From Mobula hypostoma (taxonomy: Eukaryota), in contig NC_086108.1 in assembly GCF_963921235.1 (NCBI RefSeq), positions 7,812,001-7,876,000 of the forward strand: a DNA stretch of 64,000 bases. The letters run 5' to 3'. Below, in pieces: positions 37,441 through 49,907 of the stretch. The position numbers and the translations under genes are program-made. Within the stretch, counting starts at the first letter, position 1, and each line of letters starts with the position of its first letter. A model generated the notes under the pieces. That model saw only the letters and a list, made by a program, of their open reading frames with translations. It ran no database searches and was not told the origin of the DNA.

Positions 37441-38061
37441 CTTTACAGCCATCATCATCATTATGCGCAGTGTCATATGACATGGGTGATCACAGTCTCT
37501 CCATGATCATGATTGTTCTTGGCAAATTTTTCTACAGAATTGGTTTGCCATTGCCTTTTTCTGGCCAGTGTTTTACAAGACGGGTGACCTCAGCCATTAT
37601 CAATACTCTTCAGAGATTGTCTGCCTGGCATCAGTGGTCACATAACCAGGACTTGTGATCTGCACCGGCTGTTCATACGACCATCCACCACCTGCTCTCA
37701 TGTCTTCACGTGACCCTGATCGGAGGCTAAGCAGGCACCACACCTTGTCCAAGGGTGATCTGCAGGTTAGCAGAGGGAAGGTGTACCTCCAACCCGCCAC
37801 CCATTTTTTAAACTTAAATTATTTAAATTAAAAATTAAATGATTTCTTTTTTGTATATATTTATTGTTATTTACAGTTCTTATTATTATGAATTATAAAG
37901 TACCACTACAGTAAAAAAACATATTTCATGACATATGCCAGTGATATTAAACCTGACTCTGATTCTGAAGAGGAACAGTGGGGTTGTTAAGAAATCTGAT
38001 CGCAGAGAGGAAGATTTGTTGAGTGTGTGTCATTAGGCTCCTGTACCTCCTCCCTGATGGT

Positions 38062-38537
38062 CTGTCTGTCTGTCTGGGTACCATATCCGATGCAGACGTT
38101 GGTAACCATGGTTTTCCATGTAGATCTATCCTTCGTTTTTTGGATGACTTCCATTTCCTCGATGTGTAGCCACCTGGCTAAGCTTTTGATGTACATAAGC
38201 CGAGGTCCTCCTCTAGATTTGCCCCCCTCAATCTTTCCAGAGAGTATGAGTTTTTCTAGTTCATCTTTCCACATGATATGTCCTAGGAATCTGAGTTGTC
38301 TTTCTCTTATTGTTGGTATGAGTGATCAAACTGCTTGGGCTCTTCTGAGAACTTCTTCATTTGATGTGTGTGTGGTCCATGATATTTTTAACATTCTCCT
38401 GTAGAACCATAATTCAGCTGCTTCTAGTCTCTTTTCCATTGCTGGAGAAACGGTCCAGCATTCACTTCCATAAGTTAGGATAGAATAAATGTGGCACTGC
38501 AGTGTTCTGTTTTTAGTGTGCGTGCTCATCTTTCTGT
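38062..38537 (-). mobile_element. 5'-truncated RTE-clade LINE inserted into a Rex1-type fragment
   Basis: Minus translation ILTYGSECWT...RLEAAELWFYRRMLKISW...GKIEGGKSRGGP; (CAGA)n tail; 8-bp TSD ctgatggt (38054-38061 / 38538-38545). Confidence 0.85.
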
Positions 38538-39345
38538 CTGATGGTAGTATTGAGAAAAGGGCATTGTCCTGGATGGTGACGGTCTTTAGTGATAGGTTTG
38601 CTAGTAGAAACCTGAATATTAATTTATTCTATCTCACCATGAACGCTGCCTGACTTGCTAAGTTTTTCCAGCAGCTTCTGTCTTCTCTGCTGCAAGCGTT
38701 TGGGAGACCAGTCCCAGCCAGTATACCTGGCTGAGTCCATGTTCTTTGAGGGGGTGGCCATGGGATCTTCAATATGAGCTGCAGGGGTTGTGAACACACT
38801 CAGCTCCATCATGGGCACCAGCCTCCCTGGCAACCTGGGGCCTTCAATGTCCACCCCCACCTTTCCTATTAGCTGTTCCTCTGAATCACCTTGGATAGTT
38901 TATAAAAATGATTCTGACGTTTGGTGTCAGGATCTGAATTTCAGCTCATCACTCACCAGGTAATGAGCTGAAATTCACTTCCTATTGCTTTGAAACCACA
39001 AATTACACTGCATTTAATGCTAGAGTAACTTTTCCCATCCAATTGTGCATGAAAGCTATGTTCTATTTATGTATTTACTGTAAGATCCTGATGTTTTTGA
39101 AATCCAAAGGTTCTTTGGAAGTCTGGATAAGGCATAAAATGTGTTTGCTGATGATCGCCCTCAACCATCAGGCTCTTGAACCAAAGGGGACTGCAAGGGG
39201 AATGGCCAATCAGGAATCAGAATCAGAATCATTTAATACCACTGGGAATTGTTGTGAAATTTATTAACCTAGCAGCAATGGTGCAATGCAATACATGAGA
39301 ACAGAGAGAAAAGGAAAACTGTGAATTACAGTACATACATACACA

Positions 39346-39928
39346 CAGTCACATGCAAAAGTTTGAGCACCCCTGTTCAAAATTTCTGTTACTGTGAATA
39401 GCCAAGCGAGTAAAAGATGACCCGATTTCCTAAAAGCATAAAGTTAAAGATGACACATTTCTTTAATATTTTAAGCAAGATTACTTTTTTTATTTCCACC
39501 TTTTACAGTTTCAAAATAACAAAAAAGGAAAAGCACCTGAAACAAAAGTTTGGGCACCCTGCATGGTCAGTACTTAGTAACACCCCCTTTGGCAAGTATC
39601 ACCACTTGTAAATGCTCTTTGTAGCCAGCTAAGGGTCTTTCAATTCTTGTTTGGGGAATTTTCACCCATTCTTCCTTGCAAAAGGCTTCTAGTTCTGTGA
39701 GATTCTTGGGCCATCTTGCATGCACTTCTCTTTTGAGGTCTATCCACAGATTCTTGATGATGTTTAGGTCAGGGGACAGTGAGGGCCATGGCAAAACCTT
39801 CAGTTTGCACCTCTTGAGGTAGTCCATTGTGGATTTTGAGGTGTGTTTAGGATTATTATCCTGTTGTAGAAGCTATCCATTTCTCATCGTCAGCTTTTTT
39901 ACAGATGGTATGATGTTTGCTTCCAGAA
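39346..39928 (-). mobile_element. Tc1/mariner transposon 3' end
   Basis: Transposase motif WPSLSPDLNIIKNLW...GGVTKY; terminal cagtcacatgcaaaagtttgagcaccc with an inner direct repeat caaaagtttgggcaccc. Confidence 0.85.
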
Positions 39929-40718
39929 CCCTGGAGTCTGGACTTGGAACTCGGAACATCGGAGCCTGGACTTGGAACTCGGAACATTGGAGCCTGGACT
40001 TAGAACTCGGAACACTGGAACACAGAGCTGGGACTCTTCCTAGACACAGGGCACAGAACACAGAACACGAAAAGACAGTTCCCAACTCAGGGTAGCAGCA
40101 AATGGCTGGACCTACCCAGCGGAGACGAGGACACGAAGAGACAGTTCCCAACTCAGGGTAGCAGCTAACGGCTGGACCTACCCAGCAGAGGCGAGGACAC
40201 AAAGAGACAGTTCCCAACTCAAGGTAGCGGCAAACGGCCGGACCTACCCAGAGCAGACGAGGACACAAAGAGACAAAACACAATGATAGACAATTCTTTT
40301 ATCCTGGCACGAAGTGGCTCCACGTAGCGGTGAGATCTCGACTCGGCCCCAGAACTACAGACAGCAGCTCTAGACTCACTCTGGCAGGTTAACTTGACGG
40401 ACTCGCTCTGGCGAGATAGCATAGCGGGCTCGCTCAGGCACAGTAACTTGACAGGCTGGATCTGGCGAGGAGAGGCGACTTACTGGCACTCGCTTCGGGG
40501 AGGAGACTTGACTTGCTCTGGCAAGGTGACTTGCTCGCACGTGCTTCGGTGACGTGAGGTGACGTCAGGTGATGGTCTAGCCCCAAGCAGCTGTAAGCCC
40601 GACACTATATACTGACCGTTCAGCTGAGAATCAAGTGCCTTTAATTACAGAGCCCAAGAAACACGGGGAAACAATGAATTAAAGGAAAGCAAGGAGTCAA
40701 TGGTCCCGGTCGTGACAG
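39929..40718 (-). mobile_element. Probable LTR-retrotransposon LTR fragment with internal ~60-bp and ~22-bp tandem repeats
   Basis: Minus strand starts TGTCAC; TATA-like tatata near 40606; tandem cccaactcagggtagc units at 40081, 40147 and 40213. A short continuation follows the L1 at 44214-44244. Confidence 0.45.
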
Positions 40719-40735
40719 AAAGGAAACTTAAAGGG

Positions 40736-43700
40736 TCGGTATTTACTAACAATCAAAGATCCCCTCTTTTTCATTTATTCCATGGTACTAGGCAGGGTTG
40801 TCCTCTTAGTCCACTACTATTTGATATTGCTTTGGAACCGCTAGCTATTGCTATTCGTGACTCCCCTAATATATTTGGCATTACCCGTGGAAATGAGACT
40901 CATAAATTATCACTATATGCAGATGATCTACTATTATATATTTCTAACTCAGGGAAATCTATTCCGGCTGTATTAACTTTGCTTGCTCAGTTTAGTAGTT
41001 TTTCTGGTTATAAACTGAACCTAGGTAAGAGTAAACTTTCCATTAAATATGCAGGTCCCCACTTATAGAAATTCTCCATTTAGAGTGACTACTGACTATT
41101 TTACTTATCTAGGAGTTAAAATTACTAAGAGACATAAGGATTTATTCAATTTCAACCTTTTACCATTAATTAATCAGGTTAAACAACTGATTACTAAGCG
41201 GTCCCCATTGTCTCTATCATTGATTGGCCGAATCAATGCTATTAACATGATTATTTTACCTAAATTTTTATATTTATTTCAAACGATACCAATTTTTATT
41301 CCTAAATCCTTTTTTGATACTATCGATTCTAAAATTTCCTCTTATATATGGCAAAATAAAAATCCAAGATTAAGTAAAAAATACTTACAGAAATCCAAGA
41401 AAGAGGGTGGTTTGGCATTGCCTAACCTAAGATTTTATTATTGGGCAATTAATATTCTATATTTAATATTTTGGACGCAAGATTGGAATATAACTCTAAG
41501 CCCATATTGGGTAAACCTTGAAGGCCACTCTGTACAAGGGTTTTCTTTAGCTTCCATTTCAGGAACTTCACTTCCTTTTGTACTATCTAAATTGAATAAA
41601 CAAATGTTTAACACTATAGTTAAACATACATTGTGAATGTGGTTTCAATTTCTTAAATTTTTTGGCCTGAATGAATTGATGTTATCAAGTCCTATTATAT
41701 CTAATTTCTTTTTTCAACCCTCGGTTATGGACCAAGCCTTTTTGATATGGAAAACGAAAGGTGTAATATGTTTTCGTGACTTATTTCTGGATAACTGTTT
41801 TATGTCTTTTGAGCAGTTATCTAAGAAATTTGATTTGCCAAGATCCCATTTTTTTAGATACTTACAAATAAGAAATTTTTTAAATACTATTTTGCCTACC
41901 TTTCCGTCTTCATATCCTATTGATATTATTGATAAAATTTTAGGTTTAAATCCTTTTCAGAAGGGATTAATAGCAATTATCGATGATATAACTATGAAAT
42001 TACAGCCAGGTATATCTGATAAGATTAAAAATGAATGGGAAAGGGAACTTCAACTTTGTCTACCTATAGAGAAATGGGATAAAATTTTTCAATTAGTTAG
42101 TACTTCCTCTATATGTGCTAAACATACATTAATACAATTTAACCATATAACAATTACAGCACAGAAACAGGCCATCTCGGCCCTTCTAGTCCGTGCCGAA
42201 CACTTACCCTATCCTAGTCCCACTGACCTGCACTCAGCCCATAACCCTCCATTCCTTTCCTGTCCATATATCTATCCAATTTAACTTTAAACGACAATAT
42301 CGAACCTGCCTCAACCACTTCTGCTGGAAGCTCGTTCCACACAGCTACCACTCTCTGAGTGAAGAAGTTCCCCCTCATGTTACCCCTAAACTTTTTTCCT
42401 CTAACTCTCAACCCATGTCCTCTTGTTTAAATCTTCCCAACTCTCAATGGAAAAAGTCTAACCACGTCAACTCTATCTATCCCCCTCATAATTTTAAACA
42501 CCTCTATCAAGTCCCCCCTCAACCTTCTACGCTCCAAAGAATAAAGACCTAACTTGTTCAACCTTTCTCTGTAATTTAGGAGATGAAACCCAGGCAACAT
42601 TTTAGTAAACCTCTGTACTCTCTCAAATTTATTGACATCTTTCCTATAATTCGGTGACCAGAACTGTACACAATACTCCAGATTTGGCCTTACCAATGCC
42701 TTATACAACTTCAACATTACATCCCAACTCCTATACTCAATGCTCTGATTAATAAAGGCCAGCAAACCAAAAGCTTTCTTCACCACCCTATCCACATGAG
42801 ATTCCATCTTCAGGGAACTATGTACCATTATTCCTAGATCCCTCTGTTCTACTGCATTCTTCAATGCCCTACCATTTACCATGTATGTCCTATTTTGATT
42901 AGTCCTACCAAAATGTAGCACCTCACATTTTTCAGCATTAAACTCCATCTGCCATCTCTCAGCCCACTCTTCTAACTGTCCTAAATCTCTCTGCAAGTTT
43001 TGAAAACCTACCTCATCATCCACAACACCACCTATCTTAGTATCATCTGCATACTTACTAATCCAATTTACCACCCCATCATCCAGATCATTAATATATA
43101 TGACAAACAACATTGGACCCAGTACAGATCCCTGAGGCACACCACTACACACCGTCCTCCAATCTGACACACAGTTATCCACCACTACTCTCTGGCATCT
43201 CCCATCTAGCCACTGCTGAATCCATTTTACTACTTCCATATTAATGCCTAATGATTGAACCTTCCTAACTAACCTTCCACGTGGAACCTTGTCAAAGGCC
43301 TTACTGAAGTCCATATAGATAACATTCACCGTTTTACCCTCGTCAACTTTCCTAGTAATCATCAAAAAATTTAATAGATTTAAAGTAGTACATAGAGCTC
43401 ATATGTCCAAAGATAAATTAGATCGTTTTTATTCCCATATAAACCCTATTTGTGATAGATGTCACTCTGAGGTGGCTTCTTTAACTCATATGTTTTGGTC
43501 CTGTCCTCTTTTGGAAAAATATTGGAAAGATATTTTTGATACTATTTCAACAGTTCTATGTTTTGATTTAAAACCCCATCCCATTATGGCAATTTTTAGA
43601 TTGCCAATGGTAGAACATAGATCTTTGTCTTCTTCAGTCTGTCGGATGATAGCATTTGTTACTTTAATGGCTAGAAGATCTATTTTGTTGAACTGGAAGG

Positions 43701-44196
43701 AAATCAATCCTCCTACTACATTCCAATGGTTTTCTCAAACTATATTAAGTCCAAATTTAGAGAAAATTAGAAGTGATATTTTTGATCCTTCGGTTAAATT
43801 TGAAGAAACTTGGAGACCTTTTATGCAACATTTTCATATGATGTAATCTGACCTTTCTGAATCATTTTTAACTTAAATTATATGAATAGAGGAGCGGAGT
43901 TGATGACATTACTGAATGTGTCTGATTCAAGATATTGGTCTAGCCCTGTTTTGTTCTGTTTCTTTTTGGGTTTTTTTTTCGTTTTCTTTTGGGGATTTTT
44001 CTTTGTTCATATATATTTCTTTTTATTTCTTTTTTTATGACTAATTTCATTATGATTTTGGAAGTCTAATATACCTATGTTACTTAAAATCCTTTTTGTA
44101 TATGCTTATTAAGATTATTCCAATCTCTTTGTATCAACATTGTTACTATATTTATAATTTTGAAAATTAATAAAAAGATTTAAAAAGAAAAAAAGA
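40736..44196 (+). mobile_element. 5'-truncated L1-clade LINE (ORF2 RT to Cys-rich end, frameshifted), split by a CR1
   Basis: GTRQGCPLSPLLF, LYADD, FTYLGV, GGLALPN, CDRC...HMFWSC; AATAAA plus A-rich tail; 17-bp TSD aaaggaaa(c/t)ttaaaggg at 40719-40735 / 44197-44213. Confidence 0.92.
42143..43377 (-). mobile_element. Young 5'-truncated CR1 LINE nested in the L1
   Basis: 312-aa open RT ORF (DFSKAFDKV, GVPQGSVLGP, YADDTK, LEYCVQFWSP) plus a frameshifted C-terminus. atttaa duplication at the junctions. Removing it restores L1 IQF-KVVHRAH. Confidence 0.93.
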
Positions 44197-44774
44197 AAAG
44201 GAAATTTAAAGGGAACCAGGGAATAACCGATTGGGACTGTGACAGTACTATGTCTGCCCCTGTCGGGAAAGCCTGGAATAGACCTGAGTCCTAACAGGCA
44301 TAACTTCACTTGCCCCATTATTGAAATGTTCCCACAACCAATGGACTCCCTTTCCAGGACTCTTCATCACATCTCAATATTTATTGCTTATTTATTAATT
44401 ATTCCAATTAATTATTATTTCTTATTTTTTGTATTTCCACAGTTTGCTGCTTTCTGCACACTGGTTGAACGCCCAAGTAAGTGTGGTCTTTCATTGATCT
44501 GTAATGGTTATTATTCTTTAGATTTATTGAGTATTCCCGCAAGAAAATGAATCTCATGGTTCTATATGCTGACATACATGTACTTTGATCATAAATTTAC
44601 TTTGAGCTTTGACCGCCCAGGGTATGCTTCTTCTTGTTGTTGTCATCGAGAAGGAGGTACAGGGACCTCAGCACCCACATCACCACATTCAGGAACCGTT
44701 ATTACCCTCAGCCATCAGGCTCTTGAACCAGTGGGGATAACTTGATTCAGTAAGCCCACAGGAAAATGAATCTC

Positions 44775-45090
44775 AAGGTGGGGAAGTCTAGGACCAAAGG
44801 ACACAGCCTCAGAATAGAGTGGCATCCTTTTAGAATGGAAATGAAGAGGAATTTCTTTAGCCAGAGGGTGGTGAATCTGTGGAATTCATTGCCATGGGTG
44901 TTGTGGAGGCCAAGTGATTGGATATGTTTAAGGCAGAGGTTGATAGGTTCTTGATTAGTCAGGGCATGAAGGGATACGGGGAGAAGGCAGGAGATTGGAG
45001 CTGAGAAGGAAAATAGATCAGCCTTGATGAAATGGCGGAGCAGACTTGATGGGCTGATGGGCCTAATTCTGCTCCTATAGCTTATGGTCA
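44775..45090 (+). mobile_element. CR1 LINE 3' end
   Basis: SRTKGHSLRI...RNFFSQRVVNLWNSLP followed by the typical ...gcctaattctgctccta tail. Confidence 0.8.
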
Positions 45091-46566
45091 ATCCAAATTC
45101 CTTCGAGGTACAGCACAGCAACAGGCTCTTCCTGTCAAAAGGGCTCCAGTAACACCCAACTAACCTTGTAATCTATACGTCTTTGGACCTGTCCAGTATA
45201 ACACTTTGATGTGGCATATGTGGAGATTCGCAGGTTCAAAGATTTAAAGAATTAAAGATTCAAATATTCAAGGAGTCAAAGGCATTTATTATACAAGTAT
45301 GTACACAGAATACAGCTCACTAGTTCATCCTCCCATAGGCACCACAAAACAAAGAAACACCATGGAACCCATTCAAGAGAACATCAGAAGCTCCATGTGT
45401 GGAAGAGATTTTCCAAATGAATTCCTTTCCTGTGATTCCTGTACATCCTCTATACCTCTCACAGGATCAGGTCCAAAACCAACATGTAAATGAAGTAGAC
45501 GAGGAGCGAGAAGTTCAGGAGTGACGGAAACTTGGCTAAAAATGTAGGCTCCATTCCATAATCAGAGGAACTTAGTGAACTTGTTGTAATCAGCTATTGC
45601 ATTGAAATGTTGTTTATGTTCCAACCATGAGGTGTTACATGTTAACCAAACTGAGCATTACACACACAAGAAAGCAGCATGCATCATCAAGGACCCAAGA
45701 GGAGCCCCAGATCCCACAGCACCAGGGTCAGGGACAGTTCAACCATCTGGCTCCTGAACTGGCGTGGATAACTTCACTCACTTCAACACAGAACTGGTTC
45801 CACAACCAACAGACACACTTTCAAGGACTCTATAACTCATATCCTCAAAATTATTTATTCACTTATTTAGATATAATTTCTTTTTGTATTTACACAGTTT
45901 GTATTCTTTTGCATATTGGTTGTTTGTCAGTCTTTGTGCATAGTTTTTCCAGTGATTCTATTGTATTTCTTTGTTCTACTGTGAATCCTACAAAAAAACG
46001 AAACTCAGACCAGGATTTGGTGACAAGTATACGTACTTCGATAATAAATTTAATTTGAATTTTTTGACCTTTGAGACAGATCTCTTGGACTTGAATTTCA
46101 ATCCCAGCCCCTTGTCCACGTGAAACAATGTCACGTTGTCCAGATATATCCCAGATTGAGTCATTAATGTAGAACCATTTAGATCACATAAGACACTGTG
46201 ATCACTGACAGCACAGAGAACATCACAGCCCTGCGTCCCACGATGTTGTGCCAACCTTTCTATTTATTTTATTTATTGAGATCAGTGCGGAACAGGTCAT
46301 TGTGGCCCTTCGAGCTATACTGTCCAGCAATCCCTGTTTTAACCCTAGCCTAATCATGAGACAATTTACAATGACTACTTAACCTACCAACCAGTATGCC
46401 TCTGGTGATATATATGTACTTTGATAATAAATTGCCTTTAAACTTTTACAAAGTTTTAAAAATGTAACTCCCTGTATTTGTTTCCAAGTCACTCAACCCC
46501 GTGAAGTCTCTGCTGTGGTGACACCAAAGACTTAACAGATGTTTGCGGAAGAATAGTGAGACTTAC

Positions 46567-46707
46567 CAGGTGTAAAGTGAAGTACTCGAGTCTGTCACTT
46601 AATTTGGAAATGAGCTGAGACACATTTTGCTTCCAAACTCCATCAAATTCAAAGCCCAAGACAAAAAGTTCACTCTTAAAACATCTCAGCGTCTCCTTGT
46701 AACAAAA
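46567..46707 (-). CDS. IL15L: IL-15-like cytokine, internal coding exon (helices B-C; family exon 3), peptide FCYKETLRCFKSELFVLGFEFDGVWKQNVSQLISKLSDRLEYFTLHL
   Basis: Minus strand reads tttgttttgcacag|TTTTGT...CACCTG|gtaagt. 141 nt = 47 codons, phase 0/0. C-x-x-ETL-x-CF-x-x-EL-x-V-(L/I)-GFE is the IL-15L/IL-15 helix B signature. Confidence 0.88.
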
Positions 46708-47249
46708 CTGTGCAAAACAAATATCACAGTGTTTGTATTAGGACAAAAAAATACAGCGGGTAAGCATAGTATCTACATTCAATGGCCACTTTAGGTATAC
46801 CCGCTTGTTAATCGGTCTTTCGGTGGTTTCATTTAATATCAGAGAATGTTTACAGTATACAACCTGAAATTCTTACTCTTCACAGACATCCACATAACAG
46901 AAGAAAATCCCCAAAGAATGAATGACACAGAATGTCAGAACCCCAGTGACCCCTCCCCACTCCCACACACAAGCAGAGGCAAAAGCACTAACCCTCGCCC
47001 TTTCCCTCGCTTTGCTGCAGCCGAAACATCAACCCCCCTCCACTCACCACGCAAGCAATAGCAAAGCCCCAGAGACCATGACCTAGAGTCCATCAAAAAT
47101 TACTGACCATCTCAGACAGACTCTCTCTCTCTCGCAAGGGAGGGAGAGAGAGAGATACTGTTCCTGCAACAGACAAGAGGGGAGACCAACAGCTTGCTGT
47201 TTAGATGTTGCAACTTGCAGCCTTGTTCATTCGAGTTCCCCCGAAACTA

Positions 47250-47545
47250 ATCAGCCAATCATGTGGCAGCAACTCAATGCATAAAAGCGTACAGACATGG
47301 TCAAGAGGTTCAGTTGTTGCTCAGACCAAACATCAGAATGGGGAAGGAATATGATCTAAGTAACTTTGACTGTGGGATGATTGTTGGTGCCAGACTGGGT
47401 GCTTTGAGCATCTCAGAAACTGCCGATCTCCTGAGATTTTCACACAGAACAGACTCTCGAGTTTACAGAGAATGATGTGATAATCAAAAAAAATCATCCA
47501 GTGAGCAGCAGTTCTGTGGGCTAAATTGCCTTGTTAATGAGGGAA
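47250..47545 (+). mobile_element. Tc1-like transposase N-terminal (HTH) fragment; left end near 46774, interrupted
   Basis: DLSNFDCGMIVGAR...SISETADLLRFS...SRVYRE. Confidence 0.75.
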
Positions 47546-47639
47546 CACACACAAAATGCTGGAGGAACTCAGCAGACTAGGTAGCATCTATGGAAAAGAG
47601 TGCAGTCGACGTTTCGGGCTGAGACCCTTCAACGGGACC

Positions 47640-48905
47640 TGTAATAGTTGATGAATTATTCTTGTTCATTTAAATAATTAATTAAGGGTTATATGTAGAA
47701 ATATGTTAATTGCACACGTCATCCCGCCACCACGTGATATGTGTGTGCCTCAATTAAAGCAAAGATGAAGTTTCACCCGTAATCTTGGACTCCCGTATCT
47801 TTATTTGAATTAATTGAACGTTTTAAAGTGCAAAACATAACATCGGCAGCGAGGTATTTTTAAAACAAACCCAAGACGGCTACTGACCTGTCAAAGAGGA
47901 GCGAGTCATTTGAACTAAAATAAAACGCTGCGAGGAACGGTCATTAAAAGAAACAGCCTAACATGTGCAACGACATAGAGTTCAAAAGAAAGGCAGTGAA
48001 CGGACGAATTCAGGGTTCATAAAGAGTGAGAACTGGGTGAGAATAATCACTAAAAAAATCATAAATGGCTAGCTACATTGAAGAGATTACATAACAACCA
48101 ATTGGTTCATGTATACTGAACTATTGGAACAATATCTTGAAGCAAATGAAATAACTAATGAGAAGCGAGTGCCAATTTTACTGAGTTCATTGGGCTTAAA
48201 GGCATAGGGTTTGCTTCAAACCTGCAGAAGTGAGCTCTCCTGATACTGTCAAAGTAAATCATGGACATTTGGAACCAAAGCCGTTGTTGATTGCAGAACA
48301 CGTTAGGTTTCTTAAGTGGAATCAAAAAGAAAGTGAGTCCATTTCAGCGTACATGGCCGATTTGAAGAGGTTGTCTGAGCATTGTCAGTTTGGTGATAGG
48401 ATTAATAATACACTAAGGGATTGTTTATTTTGTGGAATATTACAAGAAAGCATTCAAAATGGCTCCTAGGTGAAGCACAGCTTACATTTACAAGAGCAGT
48501 GGAAATCACTGTTTCAATGGAAACCATAGACAGAGACGCAACTGAGTTGCAGTCTGAAGGGCAGTATGGTAGCAAAATGCTTTACAGTACAGGCAACCCA
48601 GGTTCAATGCCTTTTAAGGAGTTTGTACGTTCGCCCTGTGACTGTGTGGGTTTCCTCTGGGTGCTCCGGTTTCCTCCCACAGTTCATAGACATACCAGTT
48701 AGTAAATTAATTGGGCATTGTACATTGACGCATGATTTGGCTAGGATTAAATCAGGGGATTGCTGAAGGGCACAGCTTGAAGGACCAGAAGGGTCTACTC
48801 TGCATTGTTCCTCAATAAATAAACAATGAAAGTGAGGGTGAATAAAATTTAAGCATTGAAACAGAAACTGGCCTGGCCAAACAAATAGTGTTACCGTTGT
48901 AATGT
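47640..48905 (+). mobile_element. Gypsy LTR-retrotransposon remnant: 5' LTR (47640-47842), PBS-like site, degenerate gag; SINE inserted at ~48556-48826
   Basis: TG...CA LTR followed by tcggcagcgagg; gag from the ATG at 48065 (LEQYLEANEI, PKPLLIAE..RF, LKRLSEHCQFG, start of CYRC knuckle). Confidence 0.75.
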
Positions 48906-49167
48906 GGGTACTGAGTATAGAACATCAGAGCACTGTGCAGGCCTTTTGATCCACTATGCTGTGCCAAGTCTTTTAATGTAATCTATGATCAATATACCTT
49001 TTCCTCCCACAGAGCCCTCTATTTTTCTTTTGTCCCCATGTGCATACCGATCTCTGTGCAAAAAACTTACACCTGACATCCCCCTCACCCATACTTTGCT
49101 CAAATTACCTTAAAGTTATGCCCTCTGCTATTAGTCATTTCTGCCCTGGTTGTCATCTTGATCTAGA

Positions 49168-49715
49168 CTACTGTGCAAAAGTTTTAGGCACATATATACA
49201 TTATATATATGTGTGTGTGTGTATATATATAACTAGTATGTGTATTGTATATAGTATGAGGAGCATGGAGCGGAGAGCAAATTGTAAATCTAGTGGGAGC
49301 AAACGATGTTGGGAATGGTGAGGGTGGAGTGCCGCTGGAGGGGTGCGGGACAGGTGGCAGAGAGGGAGTGCCGGGGTGAGGGGTGGTGCGGGTATAGTCA
49401 TACCAGACACTCTGAGACACCAGGAAAGGTTATTTGATTCCAAACAATTGGTTTATTGATCATTGCAGAATGTCTCTCTGGTGCTTCCTGCTGCCTCCCC
49501 TCTCCCTTCCCCTTTTCCCAACCATGATTTCCCTCTCCCTGCCCCTCCCACTCTCAGTCCACAATACAGACCCATATCAGAATCAGGTTTATCATCACTC
49601 ACATAGGTCATGAAGTTTGTTTTTTTTTACAGTGCAATACATAAAATTACTACAGTACTGTGCAAAAGTCTTAGGCACCCATGTCAAATGCCTAAGACAT
49701 TTGCGTAGTACTGTA
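49168..49715 (+). mobile_element. Non-autonomous Tc1-like/MITE element; second copy in opposite orientation at ~56388-56840
   Basis: Repeated and inverted tactgtgcaaaagt(c/t)ttaggcac termini; shared body between the two copies. Confidence 0.6.
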
Positions 49716-49792
49716 TGTTATACACAAACCATTCCTAAAGTCACAAAATCTTTTCTTTTGATACATGTAACGGTAATAAACCAATGACTTAC

Positions 49793-49843
49793 TTCTATAA
49801 AATTCAGATCGGGGCAGTAGAGACTGATGTCACCTCCTCCTCC
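49793..49843 (-). CDS. IL15L: IL-15-like cytokine, internal coding exon (A-B loop; family exon 2), peptide GGGGDISLYCPDLNFIE
   Basis: Minus strand reads atctctttcag|GGAGGA...ATAGAA|gtaagt. 51 nt = 17 codons, phase 0/0. DISLYCPD matches the family D-x-x-LY-T-P motif. Confidence 0.85.
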
Positions 49844-49907
49844 CTGAAAGAGATGAATATTTCTCATTTTAAAAATCAGTTCTCACAAACTTTGATTGGG
49901 GGCCACA

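Noticed and set aside
40700..43846. RT-like ORFs as host genes or a retron-like system
   Set aside because: 5'-truncated, frameshifted L1 and CR1 copies with TSDs and tails.
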